A DNA stretch of 24,510 bases from a virus (Duplodnaviria; Caudoviricetes), in IMG/VR virus record IMGVR_UViG_3300029997_000040, positions 1 to 24,510 of that record. One strand, 5' to 3'. Numbering within the stretch: the stretch's first letter is position 1; each line of letters opens with the position of its first letter. A model generated the notes under the pieces. It saw only the letters and a program-made list of their open reading frames with translations, ran no database searches and was not told where the DNA came from. Both the position numbers and the translations under genes were made by a program. Of the stretch, positions 17,134 to 24,510 are shown piece by piece.

Positions 17134-18303
17134 ATGGTAGACGACGTTGATAGTCAAGGAAATAAGACGATATCCAAGCTGGTAGCCACGGACGATAAGA
17201 CGCGCACCTATGAACTGTCTGACAATACTTATGAAGAACGGGTTAACGGCTCTGCGTCATGGAGACATAATAATCCCGGAAATTTGAAGATGGAATATGC
17301 ACATAGTGCAGATCCAACAGTTCACTCTCATCGAAGCAAAGAAGATGCATTAGCTAGTGCAGTATCTAAATATCCGGGAACGGTTGATTTAGATCAACGC
17401 GGAAATGTGATATTTGATAGTTATGATCACGGGCGAGATGCTCAGATCAAATTTATCAAGAAAGATGGCGATGGTAAAACGGTGGCTCAAATGCTTGGCG
17501 ATTATTCCAAGCCAGATTATTCCGGGCCAACACATCATCAAGCGCAAGAAGCCACTATTTACGCCGTCGGCGATAAAGCGGGTGTTGATCTACGAACCAA
17601 AACAATTGACAAGATGAGCGATGCAGAAATAAGCGCGCTTGCTGATGGAATTAGCAAATTTGAAGGTTATACCAAAGGTCAGACCAACGCTCTGACTCCC
17701 GAACAAGCAGCTGAACGTCAGACGCGGGCGCAGCAAGGCATACACGACGCCCCCGCTCACGACGCTGGTCATCCTCATACGCTCAAACATGGCGACAAGG
17801 GCGCAGAAGTAGGCGCTGTCCAGCAACAGTTGCACGACCTGGGTTACCACGATTCACGAGGTAACCTGATCGGCGTGGACAATCATTTCGGCCCTACAAC
17901 CGAAGCGGCGGTGAAGGCTTTTCAAACCGATCACGGACTCAAGCCAGACGGCGTGGCCGGACCGGCCACCCAGCAGCAACTGCATTCCGCTGCGCAGAGC
18001 AACCAACTCAACGATCCAGGCATCTCGTCATCGCTCACACAAAAGCTGGATCAGCCCGGCGTAAAAACCGGCGACCCCCACATGGATAAGCTACTGGCGA
18101 GCATGAACGATCCCGTGGCTTTCAAGCAGGCCATGACGGATCTGAGCAGCTCGCCATACGGTCAAGCCTTTCATGCAGAAGGGCGTGCGCAGCATGCAGA
18201 GATGCAAAACCAGCAGGTGCAAGCCCAAGTGACTCAGCAACAAGTCCAGCAACAGGCGCAGCCTCAACCTCAAGTCCAGACTGGGCCCGTGATGACGCGC
18301 TAG
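17134..18303 (+). CDS. Probable T4SS antibacterial effector: lysozyme-like NNPGNL domain, PG-binding domain, helical/Q-rich C-terminus, 389 aa
   Basis: SWRHNNPGNLK; LKHGDKGAEV..QQQL..LGY..FGPTTEAAVKAFQ..GLKPDGVAGPAT; ends QQQVQQQAQPQPQVQTGPVMTR; no signal peptide. Confidence 0.75.
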   Translation: MVDDVDSQGNKTISKLVATDDKTRTYELSDNTYEERVNGSASWRHNNPGNLKMEYAHSADPTVHSHRSKEDALASAVSKYPGTVDLDQRGNVIFDSYDHGRDAQIKFIKKDGDGKTVAQMLGDYSKPDYSGPTHHQAQEATIYAVGDKAGVDLRTKTIDKMSDAEISALADGISKFEGYTKGQTNALTPEQAAERQTRAQQGIHDAPAHDAGHPHTLKHGDKGAEVGAVQQQLHDLGYHDSRGNLIGVDNHFGPTTEAAVKAFQTDHGLKPDGVAGPATQQQLHSAAQSNQLNDPGISSSLTQKLDQPGVKTGDPHMDKLLASMNDPVAFKQAMTDLSSSPYGQAFHAEGRAQHAEMQNQQVQAQVTQQQVQQQAQPQPQVQTGPVMTR

Positions 18304-18339
18304 GCAGGTACCGGAGCCACGGGTCCGTCTATTAGGTAG

Positions 18340-18733
18340 TTAGCCACTTTAGGAGAGTTCGCTGTGGAGTCGAATAAAACCTTTGCGGTATGCATCGACG
18401 AGATAAGGCAGAACTTCGTCTTTGGGGACACATTTTCTGGTAGTTACATCAAATCCGTAACGATGTCAGATGGGTCTTTGCGTGAGATCGCTCTTAGCCC
18501 CATGATGAAAAATGGCGATCTTGTCGTGGAGCTCAAGGACGGGAAGCACGTAAGCTACATGGGACCAAACGGCACTACGACAAATGGCAAGCTCATGGTT
18601 AGTCTTACAGAGATAGACGTGCTCACCAACGAGTCCGCGTCATCCTCTCAGTGACTCAGCTGCGCCGAGAGCGCTCACGGGTGGCTAACAAATCGTCCAA
18701 GGCGGACGGCTTCGCCGTTACTTAACTCCTATG
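18340..18733 (+). mobile_element. Integron gene cassette 1 (complete)
   Basis: Begins G/TTAGCCAC (18339-18347), carries one ORF, ends in an attC whose left end GTGGCTAAC (18681-18689) is the exact reverse complement. Confidence 0.85.
18364..18654 (+). CDS. Hypothetical cassette protein, 96 aa
   Basis: GTG start with AGGAG SD at 18351-18355; fills cassette 1. Confidence 0.75.
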   Translation: MESNKTFAVCIDEIRQNFVFGDTFSGSYIKSVTMSDGSLREIALSPMMKNGDLVVELKDGKHVSYMGPNGTTTNGKLMVSLTEIDVLTNESASSSQ

Positions 18734-18739
18734 TTAGCG
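18683..18739 (+). repeat. attC: attC site (short, about 57 bp, Xanthomonas XCR/aadA-like)
   Basis: R'' GGCTAAC, 5 nt, L'' GTCCAAG, central ACGGC-TTC-GCCGT hairpin, L' CTTAAC, 6 nt, R' GTTAGCG. Confidence 0.85.
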
Positions 18740-19328
18740 CTCATATGAACTATCAAAACCGCTTAAAGGGAGCAGTCACACAATCACTTGTGCGCTCACT
18801 TTTCGCTCAAGCCGGGTTGACCATCGTGCCACTTGGTATTGAGGAGACGATTCGGGAGGTCGCTGAGCTCCCGCTAACTAAATACCTAGGCTTGAACCTT
18901 CCTCTAGCACTTCGTAAGTTGCCTGACTTTTTTGCTACTGATAGAGATAGGACTACGCACTGGCTTGTAGAAGTGAAGTACCGGCGTGAATGGAACGATG
19001 CAACTCGGGACGAACTTGAACAATCTTTGAGCGAGCAAGTCTCTACTTGGAGCCCATTAGTTGTATTCATCTTTGTCGGAGAGACGCCCTCTCGATTTGT
19101 CCAGCCAAGCTCTTGGGTTCGAGCCGCCCAGGTCAAGATGGACAACGGGACTCTAAAGTTCAAACATTGTGAAAACGGCACGTACGTGCCGTGGAGCCAA
19201 GCCAATTTCATCAATCTTCAGCGCGTCCAAGATGTATTCCCTCAACTCAATAACTCTGAATTGTGGGCGTCGTCTGCGCTCGACTTGACCATCGAGATTT
19301 CTCGTGGTCTAACTCGGATATGAGCGCT
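18734..19328 (+). mobile_element. Integron gene cassette 2 with attC truncated at R''
   Basis: Starts G/TTAGCGCTCAT; ATGAGCGCT at 19320-19328 (spanning the stop) is the expected complement, but AAC and the rest of the attC are missing. Confidence 0.65.
18745..19323 (+). CDS. PD-(D/E)XK superfamily nuclease-like protein, 192 aa
   Basis: KG....Q/E helix, then LPDFF and LVEVKYR; lower GC; ATG 12 nt after the core GTT. Confidence 0.75.
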   Translation: MNYQNRLKGAVTQSLVRSLFAQAGLTIVPLGIEETIREVAELPLTKYLGLNLPLALRKLPDFFATDRDRTTHWLVEVKYRREWNDATRDELEQSLSEQVSTWSPLVVFIFVGETPSRFVQPSSWVRAAQVKMDNGTLKFKHCENGTYVPWSQANFINLQRVQDVFPQLNNSELWASSALDLTIEISRGLTRI

Positions 19329-19388
19329 CATGTCGAGAGGTCGCCGTATACCGAAGTCTAGTCATCGTCGTTCGCGAACCGTGGCTAC

Positions 19389-19847
19389 CTACCGGCTGAG
19401 CTGATCAATCAGCACATCGCGGATCATGTCGCGGTCACCGGCAGCGAAACCGAGCAGGCGTCGACGCGGATAACGTACACGCGGGCCATGCTTCACCACG
19501 CGATCCCCGCCACCCTCCTGGTGCACGCTCGCGATTTGCCCGGCCCGGCCGGTGAACTCGACGCTGGCGATGGCATCGGTCGCCTTGGCCTTGAGGTATT
19601 TGGCGGTGCGCAATTTGGTAAACATGGCGTCGCGCTTAATACGGCCTTGTTTGCCACGCAGCTTTTTCCGTGCCTTGCGTGGTACGAACGCAGCGCCATC
19701 GGGATTCCTCTGCGCCGCGATGCGCTGCTGCTGGCTGTGACGCAATGCGCGGCTGATGGTCAGGGCGATCGCGCGTCGGCTGGCCGGTGCGAGCTTGAGT
19801 AGCAGGCCGGCGGCCCAGTCCTCGAGCAGGACGAGATCGTCGCTCAT
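19389..19847 (-). CDS. S: Tail completion / virion morphogenesis protein GpS
   Basis: QQQRIAAQRNPDG..F.PRK, MFTKLR, VHQEG, YPRRRLLGF; ATGA overlap with R. Confidence 0.93.
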   Translation of the reverse strand: MSDDLVLLEDWAAGLLLKLAPASRRAIALTISRALRHSQQQRIAAQRNPDGAAFVPRKARKKLRGKQGRIKRDAMFTKLRTAKYLKAKATDAIASVEFTGRAGQIASVHQEGGGDRVVKHGPRVRYPRRRLLGFAAGDRDMIRDVLIDQLSR

Positions 19848-20326
19848 GCCGGTGGCACGTCCCAGCGTGCGATCAACTGCTCGCGCAGGTAGACCTCCCA
19901 ATGCTCGGCGGTGAGCTTGGCCTCGGGTTGCGGCTCGTCGGCGATGCTGATGTCTAATTTGCCGCTGCCAAGGTCCTTGACGATGACGCGCTCGGTGAGT
20001 TGCAGCTTGATGCTGAGGTCGACCTTGTCGTGGTCGATGATGTCGGCCTCATAGGTGATGCCGCTTTGGCGCTTGTCGACGTTGTCGAGCAGCTCGGACT
20101 GGTGGACACGCAGCCAGATCAGGATAGCCACCCATACGACGAGCGGATCACCGGCGAAGTCGGTGAGGATCAGGTTGAGCGTGTACGCAGTTTCATAGCT
20201 AAGGCCGGGCGCGTAGGTGCTGTGCAGAGCGCCGGCGTCGATGAAGACCAGTAACCGCTCGGGATCGCGAGCGAGATCCGGCAGCGCGGCCACGAGGGCG
20301 GCGCGCAGGCTGGCGGGTTTCTTCAT
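19844..20326 (-). CDS. R: Tail completion protein GpR, 160 aa
   Basis: MKKPASLRAAL, LVFIDAG, DLSIKLQLTERVIV. Confidence 0.94.
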   Translation of the reverse strand: MKKPASLRAALVAALPDLARDPERLLVFIDAGALHSTYAPGLSYETAYTLNLILTDFAGDPLVVWVAILIWLRVHQSELLDNVDKRQSGITYEADIIDHDKVDLSIKLQLTERVIVKDLGSGKLDISIADEPQPEAKLTAEHWEVYLREQLIARWDVPPA

Positions 20327-20817
20327 GGCCTGGCGCCGGACGCGGTGTTGATGCGTACCCAGTCCTGCAGCGCGGTCAGCTGAGCGGCGGCGACGTGACA
20401 GGTGGTGTAGTTGTCGACGACGGTGCCGGCGACGGCAGAGAGTGCAAGGCTGCTGGGCTGCGCATCAGCAGCGCCGGGGGCTCCGGGCAATACGCCCGCG
20501 GCGGCGGCGTCGTGCACGCGGGCAAAGCCAACAGGCACGACGCAACGAGCATCCGCGTGGGCAGTGACATAGACGGGGATCTCCTTGGTGAGTGTGACGC
20601 CGACGTCGTGCACGACCTGCACGCGATCGACGTACTGCACAACGATGTGGTCGCCGGCTTGTTTCTGCGCGAGCTGGCTCTGCGCAGAGCGCTCGCCGGC
20701 CTCGGCGCCAGTGGCGCGCGCTTCGGCGGTGGCGATGCGGTGGTGGGTGATCCACCCGTAGAGACACAACGCGGCGACCAGCGCGACGCCGAACAGGATC
20801 TGGCGCAGCAGCGTCAT
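20323..20817 (-). CDS. i-spanin (Rz/LysB-like), 164 aa
   Basis: N-terminal TM followed by VVQYVDRV, KEIPVYV, C.VP.GF.RVHD, NY..C and LQDW; follows the endolysin. Confidence 0.88.
   Translation of the reverse strand: MTLLRQILFGVALVAALCLYGWITHHRIATAEARATGAEAGERSAQSQLAQKQAGDHIVVQYVDRVQVVHDVGVTLTKEIPVYVTAHADARCVVPVGFARVHDAAAAGVLPGAPGAADAQPSSLALSAVAGTVVDNYTTCHVAAAQLTALQDWVRINTASGARP
20376..20570 (-). CDS. o-spanin (Rz1-like lipoprotein) nested in Rz, 64 aa
   Basis: MSLPTRMLVASCLLALPAC lipobox, then Pro-rich TTPPPRAYCPEPPALLM; in an alternative frame of Rz. Confidence 0.8.
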   Translation of the reverse strand: MSLPTRMLVASCLLALPACTTPPPRAYCPEPPALLMRSPAALHSLPSPAPSSTTTPPVTSPPLS

Positions 20818-21632
20818 GCGGCCTCCGCTGTCGTGCTGAGCGCGGCGCTGTGGCGCGCGTAGGCGCTGGCCAGCTTGGCGTCATAGAGATTTGCCGCGTA
20901 GGCCGGGCCGTTGTAGAGCTTGGCGAAGGCGGCCCACCGGCGCGCGCGCAAGGCCTTGAGCAGATCCGCATCCAACTGGACGAAGCGGACGAAGGCGACC
21001 AGGTGCTCACTCTCGCCCTTGGCGAAGGCGGCGGCCATCGCGATCGCACTGGCGTAACCGAGTGAGGTCGCGTGGTAGCCCATGATCTGGAAGCGGCCCC
21101 AGCTGCAGGCGGCAGTGGCGGCCTCCGGATGAATGGTGACGGCCTGCGCCAGGCGTGCGTATTCCGCGGCACCGCCGACATAGCCGCCGCGCTGCTGCGA
21201 GAGGATCGACGCCGGTAGTACGACGGCGGTCGGATCAATGCCTGCCACCACCAGCTGATCCCAGAACACATGCCGCTCGAACAGGATCACCACGCGACCA
21301 TCGGGTAAGAAACCACCGCGCGGACTTTCGACTTCGATCACGGCGTTGATGGCGGCCGACTCGCAATCGAGTGTGGCGGCAGCGGCAATGATGTCGTTCT
21401 GGGTGAGTGCCAGCGGGTCGATGGTGCCGGTCAATGCCGCTTGTGTGCGTGGGCCAGCGATGCCGTCGACGACTTGGCCATGACTACGCTGAAACGCGCG
21501 TACTGCCACCTCGGTCGCGGCGCCATACCAGCCGTCGATGGCGAGCGGCTGACCCGCGCGGACCAGCCGCGTCTGCAACACGGTGACGTCGCTGCCGTGG
21601 TCACCGACGCGCAGGCTGTTGGGGTTGTTCAT
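20814..21632 (-). CDS. Modular endolysin: PG-binding domain plus N-acetylmuramidase (DUF3380), 272 aa
   Basis: LRVGDHGSDV..LQ..DGIAGPRT; VES, ILFERHVF, SWGRFQIMGYH, YNGPAY. Confidence 0.93.
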   Translation of the reverse strand: MNNPNSLRVGDHGSDVTVLQTRLVRAGQPLAIDGWYGAATEVAVRAFQRSHGQVVDGIAGPRTQAALTGTIDPLALTQNDIIAAAATLDCESAAINAVIEVESPRGGFLPDGRVVILFERHVFWDQLVVAGIDPTAVVLPASILSQQRGGYVGGAAEYARLAQAVTIHPEAATAACSWGRFQIMGYHATSLGYASAIAMAAAFAKGESEHLVAFVRFVQLDADLLKALRARRWAAFAKLYNGPAYAANLYDAKLASAYARHSAALSTTAEAA

Positions 21633-21909
21633 CGTGGTTCGTCCGTAGGATGGCGGCGACGTTGCCGCGGGCGGTGAGGCTGAGCACGCACAGCACCAGG
21701 GCAATGCCGATATCGCCGAGGTGGATGTCACCGGGTGGGTACTGGCCCAGCACGATGCCGAGCGCCGTGCTGCCGGTGGAGACGATCAGCAGCCAGGCAG
21801 CGATGCTGACGATCGGCCGGTAGCGGGCGCCCTCGCGGCGATAGAGGAAAAGGCGCACGCCGGTGATGGCGTTGGTGACGAACAGCAGCAAGGCAATCAG
21901 GTGATCCAT
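21601..21909 (-). CDS. Putative holin-family membrane protein, 102 aa
   Basis: Three hydrophobic segments, YRREGARYRP and ARGNVA motifs; in the lysis cassette. Confidence 0.8.
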   Translation of the reverse strand: MDHLIALLLFVTNAITGVRLFLYRREGARYRPIVSIAAWLLIVSTGSTALGIVLGQYPPGDIHLGDIGIALVLCVLSLTARGNVAAILRTNHDEQPQQPARR

Positions 21910-22271
21910 TACGGACCTCCGCGGCGCAGCAGGTTGCTGATCCACGCCGTGAGGTCGATCGTCTTGATGCGCTCGATCAGCTGGACGGTGAGGGCAATGA
22001 CGATGGCGGCGGCGATGAACGATGCAACGCCGGATTCCTGCAAGGGAATCTGTCGCATGAGCAGCGGTGCAGCGAGGTAACCCATGATCCAGCTGATGCC
22101 GAAGTAGGCCAGCCGCGAGCGCATGGACACCTCACGCGCATGCAGCGCCATCAGTGCAGCGCCGGCAAAGGCGCCGATGATGGCGTTGCCGTCGATGCCG
22201 GGGATCAGCGTGGCGATGCTGACACCGGTGGCGACGAGGGCGATGGAGCTGGTGGTGGTCGGTTCGGCCAT
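21909..22271 (-). CDS. Putative holin, 120 aa
   Basis: MAEPTTT start, IGAFAGA, several TMs; lies between X and the endolysin. Confidence 0.82.
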   Translation of the reverse strand: MAEPTTTSSIALVATGVSIATLIPGIDGNAIIGAFAGAALMALHAREVSMRSRLAYFGISWIMGYLAAPLLMRQIPLQESGVASFIAAAIVIALTVQLIERIKTIDLTAWISNLLRRGGP

Positions 22272-22283
22272 CGGAGTCCCTTG

Positions 22284-22493
22284 TCAGTGCCAGAGCTGCA
22301 CCAGCGCGGTCTGCGACTGCGTGGCCTGTACGGTCTCGGGCAGGTTGACGACAGTGCCGAGCGGCAACACGACGCCAAGGTCAGCGAGGCCGGGATTGGC
22401 AGCGAGCGCCGCTTCGGTGACGCCCTCGGTGCGGCCCAGCACGCGCCAGCACAACGCGTCCAAGGTCTCGCCCTGGTTGGCGCGCACGATCAC
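22284..22493 (-). CDS. X: Tail protein GpX (LysM-like), 69 aa
   Basis: GTG overlapping the L stop; VRANQGETLDALCWR, ANPGLADLG, VQLW. Confidence 0.92.
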   Translation of the reverse strand: MIVRANQGETLDALCWRVLGRTEGVTEAALAANPGLADLGVVLPLGTVVNLPETVQATQSQTALVQLWH

Positions 22494-22957
22494 AACAACT
22501 CCACATCGGCACGTGGCCGGCCGAGGATGTCGCGGATGGCGTAGCGCACGTTGCGGCGGTAGTCGTCGATGGTGGAGTCGAGTGTGTCGGCGTGTTTGTG
22601 GCCGGCGTGCGTAGTGTCGACATCGCGGTAGCGCTCGATCAGTTCGGCCTGCGCGCTGGCGTACACCGCGCGGCGATACAGCCGCACCAGGCGCGAGGTG
22701 CCGGCGATGATTTTGCTGGGCACCTCGATGAGCGTGGTGCGGCCAAGCGCGACCTGTTGCTGTTGCCAGGCGTCGAGCTGGTCTTCGACGCCAGACATGG
22801 CCAGCGCGATGCACTCGGTGAGGCGCTCATTGGTGACGGTGCCATCCACGCGCATCACAGCACGAGCATTGGTGAGGTCGATGGACGGGTACCAGTCGCC
22901 CGAACGCAGGGGATCGGGCGCGGTGGTGGGCGCGGTGGCGACGAGACCGGACATCAT
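22490..22957 (-). CDS. L: Head completion protein GpL, 155 aa
   Basis: WYPSIDL, YRRAVY, ERYRDVDTT, AIRDILG...VELL. Confidence 0.93.
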   Translation of the reverse strand: MMSGLVATAPTTAPDPLRSGDWYPSIDLTNARAVMRVDGTVTNERLTECIALAMSGVEDQLDAWQQQQVALGRTTLIEVPSKIIAGTSRLVRLYRRAVYASAQAELIERYRDVDTTHAGHKHADTLDSTIDDYRRNVRYAIRDILGRPRADVELL

Positions 22958-23066
22958 GACCTCACAGGGGTGTGGCTCGAAATAAGTGCGGCGGTGATCG
23001 GTGGCGCATCGGGTGGGAGAGAGGTCACACGATGTCCACCGAGCCGCCGCGGTGCTCGGGGCGAGC

Positions 23067-23735
23067 TCAGGTGGCGACCGGTTTCGACAGGGCCAGCTGC
23101 TTTTGCAGCTTGGTGATCTCCGTCTTGATGCCCAGTCGCGCGTTCAGTTGCAGCGCACGCTGCAGATGGTCGAGTGCCTGCGCGGGCGATGCATCGCGCA
23201 GGGCCAGGCCGATGGCCTTGTGGAGTTTGGCGCGCACCTCATCCGGCATGTCGCGCCCGTTGGTTAGTTGGCCCACTTGCAGTAACTGGGATGCGGTGAC
23301 GTTGCCGCTATCCGCGTTGCCGGCACGTTCGGCGATTTCTTCCACCACCAGGGTGGCTAGGTCGCGCTGGTAATGTTCGGGCAGCTTGAGGTTGTGGGTA
23401 AGCATGTGCGTGGCCATGACCAGTGCGCCGTCGATGTCGCCGGTGTCGATGCGCCAGACCATGACGGTGGCGAACACATCGTCCTGCACCGGCTGATCGG
23501 CCTGCAGCACGCCGTCGATCCATGCCGCGTACTCCGGCAGGCGCTGGCGCTTGACCTCGATCTTCTGCGCGATCGACTGGATGTTTTTGAGGACGCGCTT
23601 ATCCTCGGCGAGCTTGGCGAGCATCAGTGCGTACGCACTGCCGGCGGCGACGGCGCCGTGATCGGCGTCGGCGACCACGGTCTGGGACATCGCGGCGGCG
23701 ATGCGTTGGCGGTGCTGTTGGGCGGGTGATGGCAT
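23067..23735 (-). CDS. M: Terminase endonuclease subunit GpM, 222 aa
   Basis: MPSPAQQHR, QDDV, MVWRIDTG, DMPDEVRAKLHKAIG. Confidence 0.94.
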   Translation of the reverse strand: MPSPAQQHRQRIAAAMSQTVVADADHGAVAAGSAYALMLAKLAEDKRVLKNIQSIAQKIEVKRQRLPEYAAWIDGVLQADQPVQDDVFATVMVWRIDTGDIDGALVMATHMLTHNLKLPEHYQRDLATLVVEEIAERAGNADSGNVTASQLLQVGQLTNGRDMPDEVRAKLHKAIGLALRDASPAQALDHLQRALQLNARLGIKTEITKLQKQLALSKPVAT

Positions 23736-23821
23736 GGCGGTTCTCTCGCGCGGTGTTCGGCAGGGCACCGTCGGCCGGCGCACCAGCCGACGGGCTTCGC
23801 TCTGGGGGAGGGGTTCGGTGA

Positions 23822-24510
23822 TTACGAGACGACGATGTTTTCGACGAACGCCGTTAGCAGGTAGTTCTCGACGACATAGGCGTCGTTGCTGGATTCGTAG
23901 TTCTCGATGCGGTCGCGCTTGGCGTTGTCCACCAGTTGCCGGCGACGTGCGCCTTCCTGCGAGTAGATGGACAGGTTGTCGAGCGTGGTGATCAGCATGG
24001 CGTTCTTCGGGAAGAACGGCACACGCACCGCCTTGAGGCCGCCGATCTGTTTCTGCGACACGATGATGTCGGTGGCCAGTTCGTTCTCGGCGGTCTGCTG
24101 CTGGTTGATGCGCTTGAAGTACTTGTCCTGCAGCAAGTCACGACCGCAGATGACCACCAGCGCGGGGTTGTCGCGCACGGCCTCGGCGATCAGGTTCTCG
24201 GTCACATCCGACACCAGGGCGTCGAGGTTCTCGTAGTCCTTGCCGGCACCGATGGTGACCTTGCCGCTGGCCGGGACGACTTCCTTCATCCAGTGCGCGG
24301 GTGCATCGGTGCGGATGTGCTCCAGCCAGCCGATGTTGACGTCCTGCAGTAGCGGGTTGGTGACCCGGTTGGTGTTCGCCGCTGCGCTGGTGCCGTGGAA
24401 GCCGATCATGATGCGATCGAGCGCCTGCTGGCCGACGACCGCATCGCGGAACATCGTCTGGAAGTTGGGGAACTTGGCCCACGCGTCGATCTTGGAATAC
24501 TTCAGCGACG
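23822..24510 (-). CDS. N: P2-family major capsid protein GpN, 3' part
   Basis: ALDRIMIGFHG, NPLLQDVNIGWL, DYENLDALV, TTLDNLSIY, NDAYVVE. Confidence 0.96.
   Translation of the reverse strand, partial: SLKYSKIDAWAKFPNFQTMFRDAVVGQQALDRIMIGFHGTSAAANTNRVTNPLLQDVNIGWLEHIRTDAPAHWMKEVVPASGKVTIGAGKDYENLDALVSDVTENLIAEAVRDNPALVVICGRDLLQDKYFKRINQQQTAENELATDIIVSQKQIGGLKAVRVPFFPKNAMLITTLDNLSIYSQEGARRRQLVDNAKRDRIENYESSNDAYVVENYLLTAFVENIVVS

Larger units (their letters stand above)
1..24510 (-). mobile_element. P2-like (pro)phage late region; extends beyond both window edges
   Basis: Continuous set of P2 head, lysis, baseplate and tail homologues with no obvious frame disruptions. Confidence 0.96.

Noticed and set aside
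18205-18290. CAG/CAA-rich stretch as a tandem repeat or CRISPR
   Set aside because: It simply encodes the Gln-rich tail; there is no repeat-spacer structure
17134-18303. Effector interpreted as a second endolysin
   Set aside because: It lies outside and opposite to the complete lysis cassette, follows an immunity-like gene and ends in a Q-rich tail
11031-19323. MTase and nuclease as a type II R-M pair
   Set aside because: They are about 7 kb apart and have different apparent origins (com-coupled phage module vs integron cassette)

Overview
The window is the late (structural and lysis) region of a P2-like myovirus prophage, almost all on the - strand and GC-rich. The cargo points to a Xanthomonadales host, which is an inference. 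Reading right to left the core genes are: capsid N (partial), M, L, X, two holins, a PG-binding/N-acetylmuramidase endolysin, Rz with a fully nested Rz1, R, S, then about 8.6 kb of cargo, then J, I, tail fibre H (with a C-terminal S74 chaperone), two fibre-associated ORFs, V, W, sheath FI, tube FII, E/E' (intact TTTTTTG -1 frameshift), tape measure T and the start of U. The cargo between S and J holds a com-like Zn-finger plus DNA methyltransferase, a secreted protein with a MASE1 pseudo-kinase, two membrane proteins, and a probable Xanthomonadales T4SS immunity/effector pair. It also holds two integron gene cassettes with no integrase in the window: one has a complete attC and matching GTTAGCCAC/GTGGCTAAC ends, the other encodes a PD-(D/E)XK nuclease and has a truncated attC. 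A duplicated late-promoter module (26-bp palindrome plus 19-bp box, identical spacing) lies upstream of V and J. The J copy looks bidirectional and appears to feed J through a 10-codon leaderless uORF. All family assignments come from motif recognition by eye; no database searches were run.
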